Shown in pieces: positions 19,302 to 26,848 of a stretch of 64,000 bases of DNA; position 1 is the stretch's first letter, and every line of letters starts with the position of its first letter. Source of the stretch: an uncultured Alphaproteobacteria bacterium (GTDB lineage: Bacteria > Pseudomonadota > Alphaproteobacteria > HIMB59 > GCA-002718135). Location: the NCBI GenBank assembly GCA_902620425.1, contig CACNHX010000001.1, forward strand, positions 414,903 to 478,902. The letters are read 5' to 3'. The position numbers and the translations under genes are program-made. The notes below the pieces were generated by a model, which did no database searches, was not told where the DNA came from, and worked only from the letters and a program-made list of their open reading frames with translations.

Positions 19302-19618
19302 ATATTTAAGTAAATATTTCCATCCTCTTCAGAGATGTCAAAGATCTTAAGACCATCTAATTCAGGATCACTAATACAATCACCCGAAACAATACTATAA
19401 GTCTTACCACAACCAACACACTCTAACTCTTCTCCTTCAATTTCAGATTCACTCAAAGGTGCTTTCTCCTCACAATTACAGTTTCCCTGTGTGCAAAAAA
19501 ATCCTGGCTCTAAATGATAAACCGCATAATTAACATCGTCATGTTCAAAACTTTCTACAGTTCCAATTTCGATATCATCAGTTTCACCAACTAGTATTGG
19601 ATCAATTTCATCATTCAT
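19298..19618 (-). CDS. Rieske-fold (MocE-like) ferredoxin with His-to-Cys substituted metal motif
   Basis: Acidic 106-aa protein with Rieske ferredoxin layout. CxH...CxxH is replaced by CNC...CVGC. Strand verified as minus. Confidence 0.72.
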   Translation of the reverse strand: MNDEIDPILVGETDDIEIGTVESFEHDDVNYAVYHLEPGFFCTQGNCNCEEKAPLSESEIEGEELECVGCGKTYSIVSGDCISDPELDGLKIFDISEEDGNIYLNI

Positions 19619-19678
19619 AAAAAATTTGTAAAATAAAATTGAATTAGAATAAATATTTTTTTTAAGAAAGTTGTTGAT

Positions 19679-20833
19679 TTATCTGAATTTTAAATTTTTT
19701 CTTGTGAGTTCTTTTACGTTAGAAACTCCCATTAATTTCATATCTCGTTCAATTTCATTGCGTAAATTAGATAAGCTTTTTTCGACACCTTTTTGACCTC
19801 CTGCTGCCAAGGCGTATAAATACATTCTTCCACCAGAACAGGCTTTTGCACCAAGTGATAGTGCTTTTAAAACATGAGTACCTCTTCTGATTCCTCCTTC
19901 ACAAATTACATCTATTTTATCTCCAACTGCATCAACAATTTCAGCTAGTTGATCAAATGGTGATCTTGAGCCATCTAATTGTCTGCCTCCATGATTTGAT
20001 ACCATTATGGCTGAAGCACCTACATCTACAGCTTTTTTTGCATCGTCTACGGACATTACTCCTTTAATTGCAAATTGTCGTCCCCACTCTTTATTAATAT
20101 TTTCTACATCTTTCCAACTCATGGAATTATCAAGCATTTTTGTGAAGTAATCTCCTATGGTTGTCATTACTGTTGTACCTTCATTAATGTGATCCTTTAG
20201 ATTACTTAATTCCCATTTTGGTTTTGTAAAATAATCTACTGCCCATTTTGGATGGAGCATAAAACTTAAAACACTATTAAGTTTTAACTTCATTGGGATA
20301 GTAAAACCCGTATACAAATCTCGTTCACGGTTACCTCCAACAGCAGTATCTACAGTCACAGCCATTGCTTCAAAATTTGATTCTTTACATCTTTCTATAA
20401 GAGCTTTGTTCAGGCCTTTATCTTTGTGAACATAAAGTTGAAATAATTTTGGTGTTTTGACTAAATTTGATATTTCTTCAATACTGGCAGTACCTAAAGA
20501 AGAAATTCCAAACATTGTTCCAAATTTTTCAGCTGCTTTTGCAACTCCAATCTCACCTTCATGGTGAAATAACCTTTGCAGAGCAGTTGGTGCGCAATAC
20601 AAAGGCATATCTAACTTTTGTCCCATTACCGTAGTTGACATATCAACTTTATCAACACCGCTTAATACATTTGGAATTAAATCACATTGCTCGTAAGCGT
20701 CTGTGTTTCTTTTATAGGTTATCTCATCATCAGCAGCACCGTCAATGTAATGGAATATTGGACTAGGTAATCTTTTTTTTGCTAAGTTTCTAAAATCTTT
20801 AACATTATGACAATTATTGATATTGCCGAACAT
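19679..20833 (-). CDS. lldD: FMN-dependent alpha-hydroxy acid (L-lactate) dehydrogenase
   Basis: HYIDGAADDE, APTALQRLFH, FQLY, VSNHGGRQLD, EGGIRRG. Strand verified as minus. Confidence 0.85.
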   Translation of the reverse strand: MFGNINNCHNVKDFRNLAKKRLPSPIFHYIDGAADDEITYKRNTDAYEQCDLIPNVLSGVDKVDMSTTVMGQKLDMPLYCAPTALQRLFHHEGEIGVAKAAEKFGTMFGISSLGTASIEEISNLVKTPKLFQLYVHKDKGLNKALIERCKESNFEAMAVTVDTAVGGNRERDLYTGFTIPMKLKLNSVLSFMLHPKWAVDYFTKPKWELSNLKDHINEGTTVMTTIGDYFTKMLDNSMSWKDVENINKEWGRQFAIKGVMSVDDAKKAVDVGASAIMVSNHGGRQLDGSRSPFDQLAEIVDAVGDKIDVICEGGIRRGTHVLKALSLGAKACSGGRMYLYALAAGGQKGVEKSLSNLRNEIERDMKLMGVSNVKELTRKNLKFR

Positions 20834-21681
20834 TACGCCTGAATAGTTTTTTGAGTTTGTTCTCCTAGACCTTCAATACCAAGTTTCATTACATCACCTG
20901 CTTTTAAAAATACTTGTGGTTTCATTCCCATACCAACACCTGGCGGTGTTCCTGTAGATATGATGTCTCCAGGTTGTAATGACATAAATTGGCTTAAATA
21001 ACTTATTAAAAAGTTTACTCCGTAAACCATTGTGCTTGTTGACCCATCTTGCATTCTTTTACCATTTACATCCAACCACATTTTTAAGTTTTGAGGATCT
21101 GGTACTTCATCAGCAGTAACCAAATATGGTCCAATTGGACCAAAGGTGTCACAAGACTTACCTTTAACCCATTGACCAGAATGTTCTATTTGAAATTCTC
21201 TTTCACTTAGATCATTGATAACACAGTAACCGGCAATATGTGATTGTGATTCGTTCTCAGAAATATACTTTGCTTCTTTTCCAATAATAACACCAAGTTC
21301 AACTTCCCAATCAGACTTTACTGATTTTTTTGGAATCTCTACATTATCGTTTGGTCCAATAACGGCACTTGTTGCTTTTGCAAAAATAATTGGTTCAGGT
21401 GGAACTTTCTGACCTGTTTCTTCAGCATGATCAGAATAATTGAGGCCGATACAAATAAATTTTCCAATACTTTCTTTACAAACACAAGGTGCATATCCAT
21501 CACTATTTTCGACTAGAGGTAAAGATGTAGGATCAATTTTTTTCACTTCATTCAATTTGCTAATAGTTACATTTTTATTATCCCAATCCTTAACTAGAGA
21601 TGACACATCTCGAATATTTCCTTCTTGATCAAGTATTCCTGGTTTAACTTCATTTCCAATTCTGTATCTTAAAGTTTTCAT
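20833..21681 (-). CDS. Fumarylacetoacetate hydrolase family protein
   Basis: CIGLNYSDH, DWEVELGVIIG, NDLSERE, WVKGKSCDTFGP, GDIISTGTPPGVG. Start refined to ATG 21681. Confidence 0.92.
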   Translation of the reverse strand: MKTLRYRIGNEVKPGILDQEGNIRDVSSLVKDWDNKNVTISKLNEVKKIDPTSLPLVENSDGYAPCVCKESIGKFICIGLNYSDHAEETGQKVPPEPIIFAKATSAVIGPNDNVEIPKKSVKSDWEVELGVIIGKEAKYISENESQSHIAGYCVINDLSEREFQIEHSGQWVKGKSCDTFGPIGPYLVTADEVPDPQNLKMWLDVNGKRMQDGSTSTMVYGVNFLISYLSQFMSLQPGDIISTGTPPGVGMGMKPQVFLKAGDVMKLGIEGLGEQTQKTIQA

Positions 21682-22418
21682 TATAAAGTCCATCCTCCAT
21701 CAATTAAGTTTAATGTTCCAGTAACAAAGTCTGATTCATCACTTGCTAAATAAGTTGCAAGAGATGCTATTTCTTCTGGTTGTGCTAATCTTCCCATTGC
21801 CTGTCTTGCTATAAAATCTGATCTTGCTTTAACAGGATCATCAGCCATGTTAACTCTTCCCTCCCATGAAGGTGTTTCAACAGTTCCTGGCAAAATAGCA
21901 TTACAGCGAATTCCATCTTTAATGTGATCTATAGCTATAGCTTTTACAAATCCATTTAGTGCTGCTTTTGTAGTTCCATAAATAAACCTATTAGGCACAC
22001 CTTTAACATTAGATGCAGCAGAAGAAACAATAACGATATTACCTTTCTTTTCTTTCAGCATTTTTGGCAAAAGATTGTAGGTCATTAAATATGCAGAAAA
22101 TATATTAACATTGATTGATCGTGAAAATTCATCTTCATCACAATCAAGAATTGTTCCGTGATGTACAAAACCTACTGCGTGAAATAAAACATCAATCTTG
22201 TCTACAGAAGAACAAAAGGCCTCTACATCTTTTTTGTTAGTTGAATCCAATTTCATAGTTTGGATACTCTCATTATCTTTTTTTAATTCATTTAGTTTAT
22301 CTTCATTAATATCAGTTGCTAATACTTTAGCCCCTTCATTTGCAAACTTAAGAGCGGTTGCTCTTCCAATACCTTGTGCAGCTGCAGTAACTATAATATT
22401 TTTTTTATTTAATCTCAT
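21681..22418 (-). CDS. SDR oxidoreductase, 2-keto-3-deoxy-L-fuconate dehydrogenase/BDH2-like
   Basis: TAAAQGIG, YGTTKAA (YxxxK), NAILPGTVETPS, LASDESDFVTG. Confidence 0.85.
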   Translation of the reverse strand: MRLNKKNIIVTAAAQGIGRATALKFANEGAKVLATDINEDKLNELKKDNESIQTMKLDSTNKKDVEAFCSSVDKIDVLFHAVGFVHHGTILDCDEDEFSRSINVNIFSAYLMTYNLLPKMLKEKKGNIVIVSSAASNVKGVPNRFIYGTTKAALNGFVKAIAIDHIKDGIRCNAILPGTVETPSWEGRVNMADDPVKARSDFIARQAMGRLAQPEEIASLATYLASDESDFVTGTLNLIDGGWTL

Positions 22419-22554
22419 ATGTTAGCACAATATGTCTATCTTTAGCATTAGCAGACTTTATTTTGAATTCAATAAATAAAGAGACTCATAATATTAGTCA
22501 TTTATAAAATATATCAATTTTAAATTAATTAATTATAATTTATTAGATACTAAT

Positions 22555-23538
22555 ATGAATTTTCTTTTAACGGGTGGTGCAGGATATATCGGAAGTCATG
22601 CCGCTCTTTCTCTTCTAGATGCTGGTCATAATGTTCATATTATTGATGATTTATCTACTGGAAACGAAAGTCTTATTCCTAAAAATGCATTTTTTACAAA
22701 ATGTAATATTAATGATGAAGAAGTAATTTCTGAGCTGATAAAATCTAATAGCTTTGATTTATTGATGCACTTTGCTGGTTTTATTCAAGTTGAAGAATCT
22801 GTTAAATATCCGCAAAAATATTTTGATAATAATACTGAAAATGCAACTAAACTATTTCAAACTTGTAAAAATAATGGATTAAATAAAATAGTATTTTCTT
22901 CAACAGCTGCTGCATACGGATCGGTAAGTGAAAATAAATTAATCAATGAAAATACAAATTTAAATCCTCAAAATCCATATGCTGAATCTAAAATAAAAAC
23001 AGAAAATTTTTTATTTGAAAATAAGCATGACTACAAATTTATAATATTGCGATACTTTAATGTTGCTGGTGCTGATAAAAAATTAAGATCAGGTCAAATA
23101 TCTAAAAGATCAACACATTTAATAAAAATTTTATCTGAAGTAGTTGTAGGTAAAAGAGATCATATTGAAATATTTGGCAATGATTATAATACAGCTGATG
23201 GAACAGCTATCAGAGACTATATTCATGTCTCTGACCTTGCTGATATCCACTTAGAAGTTGCAAAATATTTATTAGAAAATTCAGAATCTAACTTATTTAA
23301 TTGTGGTTATGGAAATGGTTTTAGTGTTTTAGATGTTATAAATACTGCAAATAAAATTTCAGAAGATAAAATTAATTACAAATTTTCAAATAGAAGAGAT
23401 GGGGATGTTGAACAATTAATTGCAGATACATCAAAAATATTAAAACATATTGATTGGAGGCCGAAATATAATGATTTAAGTGAAATTATAAATTCTTCAA
23501 TTAAATGGGAAGAAAAAATTAATGAATCAAATACATAA
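22555..23538 (+). CDS. galE: UDP-glucose 4-epimerase
   Basis: GGAGYIGSH, FSSTAA, YAESK, LRYFNVAGA, DGTAIRDYIHV. Confidence 0.93.
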   Translation: MNFLLTGGAGYIGSHAALSLLDAGHNVHIIDDLSTGNESLIPKNAFFTKCNINDEEVISELIKSNSFDLLMHFAGFIQVEESVKYPQKYFDNNTENATKLFQTCKNNGLNKIVFSSTAAAYGSVSENKLINENTNLNPQNPYAESKIKTENFLFENKHDYKFIILRYFNVAGADKKLRSGQISKRSTHLIKILSEVVVGKRDHIEIFGNDYNTADGTAIRDYIHVSDLADIHLEVAKYLLENSESNLFNCGYGNGFSVLDVINTANKISEDKINYKFSNRRDGDVEQLIADTSKILKHIDWRPKYNDLSEIINSSIKWEEKINESNT

Positions 23539-24571
23539 AAGAATTTTTATAAGAAATGATAAAAAAGAACTCTATCTTTATGGCTATAAGGAACATAAAG
23601 AATCCCCAAGCCAAGAACTTGAGGTAACAGAAATTCCTAAACCTCATATGAGATGGAACCCTTCAAGAGAAGAATGGGTTACCTACTCAGCAGGAAGAAA
23701 AAATAGAACTTCATTTCCACCAAAAGAATATTGCCCACTTTGTCCAGGGGCAAATTTAAATTATCCTACAGAAATACCATTTTCAAACTTTGAAGTTGCA
23801 GTCTTTCCAAATCGTTGGGCTAGCTTTAATTCAAATGGAGAAAATATATTTTTAGAAAAAATTTTAAGTAAACCTTCAAAAGGAGAGTGTGAAGTAGTTG
23901 TATATTCCCCAGCACATCTAGATACAATTTCTGAAATGCCTTTAGACAGAATACAATTGTTAACTAAAGTTTGGATTGATAGATATGTGGAGTTACAAAA
24001 AAAACCAGAAGTGAAATATGTTCTACCTTTTGAAAACAGAGGGGAAGAGTGTGGCGTTACCTTACATCATCCTCATGGTCAAATATATGCATATCCTTTT
24101 ATTCCTCCTGCAATAGAAAAGGAAATAAGATCATTTAAAAAAGAAAACTTTTTAATTAATATTATGAGTCAACTAGAAGAAAAATATTATGTATATCAAA
24201 ATAAAAACTTTATTGTGGCTATACCACCATTTGCGAGATATGCTTATGAGGTATGGATAATACCAAGAAATCAAATTGAAGGTCCATGGAAATTTAATGA
24301 TGAGCAAATTGAAGATTTTTCTAAATGTATTCAGCAAGTTGTTAAAGGATATGATAATTTTCTTAATAAAAGATGCCCATATATAATGGGTTTACACGCA
24401 TCTCCTGAATTAAATGATAATGACTTTCATTTTCATGTAGAATTTTATCCACCTTTACGACACGGCGATAAACCAAAAATTTTAGCAGGATCAGAATCAA
24501 TGGCTGGTGTTTTCATTATGGATGTATTGCCTGAAGATTCTGCTAAAGTGTTAAGAAAATTTATGTCATGA
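23522..24571 (+). CDS. galT: Galactose-1-phosphate uridylyltransferase
   Basis: CPLCPG, VFPNRW, FENRGEECGVTLHHPHGQIYA (HPHGQ active site). Confidence 0.9.
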   Translation: MNQIHKRIFIRNDKKELYLYGYKEHKESPSQELEVTEIPKPHMRWNPSREEWVTYSAGRKNRTSFPPKEYCPLCPGANLNYPTEIPFSNFEVAVFPNRWASFNSNGENIFLEKILSKPSKGECEVVVYSPAHLDTISEMPLDRIQLLTKVWIDRYVELQKKPEVKYVLPFENRGEECGVTLHHPHGQIYAYPFIPPAIEKEIRSFKKENFLINIMSQLEEKYYVYQNKNFIVAIPPFARYAYEVWIIPRNQIEGPWKFNDEQIEDFSKCIQQVVKGYDNFLNKRCPYIMGLHASPELNDNDFHFHVEFYPPLRHGDKPKILAGSESMAGVFIMDVLPEDSAKVLRKFMS

Positions 24572-24981
24572 AAACAATTGAAGAAAAAATAAATTACTAC
24601 AAGGAGAGTCTAGATCTATTCGATGACGGAATGGACAAGTATAAGTTTTTAATTGATCAGGCGAAAAATGCTAAACATTTTCCAGAAGAATATAGAAATG
24701 ACTCGTTTAAAGTTTCTGGATGTCAGGCACAAGTTTGGTTGGTTCCTAAACTAAAAGAAAATAAACTTTCATTTTATTACGACTCAGATGCATTTATATC
24801 AAAGGGTATGGTAACAATTCTATGCGATATTTATGGTGACAGAAATCCATCTGAAATTAAAAATTCTGATTTTAGTATGTTAAATACTTTAGAGCTTGAT
24901 ACTCTTTTAACTCCAGGGAGAAGGAATGGGGTCTATTCTATGCTTGAAAAAATAAAAGAATACGCAAATTCTTATTTATAA
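24568..24981 (+). CDS. sufE: Cysteine desulfurase activator SufE family protein
   Basis: VSGCQAQVWL, DSDAFISKG, LTPGRRNG. Confidence 0.88.
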   Translation: MKTIEEKINYYKESLDLFDDGMDKYKFLIDQAKNAKHFPEEYRNDSFKVSGCQAQVWLVPKLKENKLSFYYDSDAFISKGMVTILCDIYGDRNPSEIKNSDFSMLNTLELDTLLTPGRRNGVYSMLEKIKEYANSYL

Positions 24982-24989
24982 AATAGATA

Positions 24990-25592
24990 ATGTTTTATGA
25001 GCCAAAAAAAGGAAGTCCTTTTAAAATAGATCCATTTAAGTCACTAGTTTTTCCTAGACCTATTGGATGGATTTCTTCAATTAGTAAAAATGGAATAGCG
25101 AACCTAGCACCATATTCATATTTTAACGCTGTGGCTGATGAGCCTCCTCAAGTTATGTTTTGTTCAAATGGTAGTTCAACATATGGGAAATATAAGGATA
25201 CGTTATCAAATATTTTAACTACAAAAGAATTTGTTGTAAATTTTGCAACCGCCACTTCAAGAAATCAAATGAATATATCTTCCAGGGATTACAAACCTGA
25301 TGAAGATGAGTTTATTTTATCAAATTTAAAAAAGAAAAAATCAAGACTTGTTAAAACTCCATCAGTTAAAGATAGTCCTGTTAATTTAGAATGTAAATTA
25401 GTTAAAACAATTAAATTAAAATCAAATTCAAAAAAAATCTCTACAATGATTATTGGTGAAGTAATTGGAATTTTTATAAATAAAAAATTTATTAAGAATA
25501 ATAGAGTTGATAGTGTTGCAATGAGATATATAGCAAGAATGGGATATAGTGAGTACACGACTATTTCTTCAAAATTTAATCTAAAAAGATAG
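24990..25592 (+). CDS. Flavin reductase-like (DIM6/NTAB) FMN-binding protein
   Basis: PRPIGWISS, NLAPYSYFN, KDTLSNI...EFVVN, LECK, ARMG. Confidence 0.85.
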   Translation: MFYEPKKGSPFKIDPFKSLVFPRPIGWISSISKNGIANLAPYSYFNAVADEPPQVMFCSNGSSTYGKYKDTLSNILTTKEFVVNFATATSRNQMNISSRDYKPDEDEFILSNLKKKKSRLVKTPSVKDSPVNLECKLVKTIKLKSNSKKISTMIIGEVIGIFINKKFIKNNRVDSVAMRYIARMGYSEYTTISSKFNLKR

Positions 25593-25662
25593 TCGTAATA
25601 AAAATAAATAAATCATTAAAACTAATAGACTAATAATTAAATCCAGAGTAAACCTTAACTAA

Positions 25663-25706
25663 GGGAGTATGGCGGAACTGGTTGACGCGCCGGATTCAAA
25701 ATCCGG
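25663..25706 (+). pseudogene. 5' fragment (44 bp) of tRNA-Leu(CAA), direct repeat of 26764-26807
   Basis: GGGAGTATGGCGGAACTGGTTGACGCGCCGGATTCAAAATCCGG matches the full tRNA at 26764 except one D-loop base, then diverges right after the anticodon stem. Confidence 0.9.
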
Positions 25707-25783
25707 GAGTTATTTTAAAAAGCTTAGCTTATCCAATATAATTATTCTTATTTAATATTTTAAGACACTTACACGACACTTTT

Positions 25784-25828
25784 CTACAGATCTAGAGGTT
25801 AGGAGTTCGACTCTTCTCGGATGTGCCA
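25784..25828 (+). pseudogene. Orphan tRNA 3' half (anticodon-loop remnant, T-arm, acceptor 3' strand, CCA), tRNA-Arg-like
   Basis: CTACAGATCTAG-AGGTT-AGGAG TTCGACT CTTCT-CGGATGT-G-CCA. The T-arm folds, but no matching 5' half lies upstream. Arg identity is from recalled similarity. Confidence 0.7.
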
Positions 25829-25985
25829 ATCTTTACTTACATTTTTTCTAGTACAACAAAATTATTTTAGTAATTTGTTGCACTCTGTAGTACTCGGTTT
25901 TGAAAACGGAGTGATTAAGACAAAACAATTTTATTATAATTTATTAAATCTAAACTTTTATATTTTTTAGTGATAAAAGTCTTTT

Positions 25986-26567
25986 ATGACTACTTATGTT
26001 GTGTGTGACATAGAAGCGGACGGACCTATTCCAGGACCACATTCTATGATAAGCCTTGGTGCTGTAGCCGTTAATAAAGAAGGAGAAAATTTTGGAGAAT
26101 GTGAAATTAATTTCTTGCCACTAGAAAATGCCAAACCTCACTCCGCTACTATGCATTGGTTTACAACAGAAGCGCCAGAAGCTTTAAAACATACTCAGCA
26201 TAATCAAATCTCACCCAAAGAAGGAATGAACAAATTTGGTGATTGGCTTCTTACATTGCCAACACCGCGAGTTATGGCTGCTCATCCAGCTCCATTAGAT
26301 TTTATGTGGATCAATTGGTATATCCAAACTTTTCTTACAGAAAGATTAGAAAAAATTCCTTTCTCTATGCCTTTTTTTGATAAGAATGGACAAACAGCCT
26401 TTGATATCAAATCCTATGCTGCTGCTGTGCTGAAAAAAGATTATAAAGATATAGGTAGAGATAATTACTCTATAGAATTACATGATAATACAAAACATAC
26501 TCATAAAGCCATAGACGACGCAAGAGAGTACGCACAATTATTAATTAAACTTCTTAATCATAAATAA
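25986..26567 (+). CDS. DEDDh 3'-5' exonuclease (Rv2179c-like exoribonuclease family)
   Basis: Exo I CDIEADGP, Exo II APLDFMW, Exo III HTHKAIDDA. Confidence 0.82.
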   Translation: MTTYVVCDIEADGPIPGPHSMISLGAVAVNKEGENFGECEINFLPLENAKPHSATMHWFTTEAPEALKHTQHNQISPKEGMNKFGDWLLTLPTPRVMAAHPAPLDFMWINWYIQTFLTERLEKIPFSMPFFDKNGQTAFDIKSYAAAVLKKDYKDIGRDNYSIELHDNTKHTHKAIDDAREYAQLLIKLLNHK

Positions 26568-26582
26568 TTAAAGTTCCACTAT

Positions 26583-26720
26583 TTAAGAGGTGCAAATCTG
26601 TAACACTTCAATTTCATTTTTTTCACTCAAGGAATGATTTTTAGCAGTCCCAGTTTTAATCAATAATTGAGCGACACTCTTACGACGCTTTTCGAATTCA
26701 ATTTCTTCAAATAAGCTCAT
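26583..26720 (-). CDS. Possible 45-aa hypothetical protein
   Basis: Manual translation MSLFEEIEFEKRRKSVAQLLIKTGTAKNHSLSEKNEIEVLQICTS*. It fills the gap between the exonuclease and the tRNA; no clear SD. Confidence 0.3.
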   Translation of the reverse strand: MSLFEEIEFEKRRKSVAQLLIKTGTAKNHSLSEKNEIEVLQICTS

Positions 26721-26763
26721 AGACTTAGTTTTCAAAACCAAGTATTACTGGGAAAAATAATAT

Positions 26764-26848
26764 GGGAGTATGGCGGAACTGGTAGACGCGCCGGATTCAA
26801 AATCCGGTCACTTCGGTGGTGTGGGTTCGATTCCCTCTACTCCTACCA
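26764..26848 (+). tRNA. tRNA-Leu (anticodon CAA)
   Basis: Acceptor GGGAGTA/TACTCCT, discriminator A, encoded CCA, anticodon arm CCGGA-TTCAAAA-TCCGG, long variable arm, GGTTCGATTCC T-arm. Confidence 0.97.

Noticed and set aside
25663-25828. Split or intron-containing tRNA made of the Leu 5' half and the downstream 3' half
   Set aside because: The acceptor strands do not pair (GGGAGTA versus CGGATGT); the fragments derive from different tRNAs.
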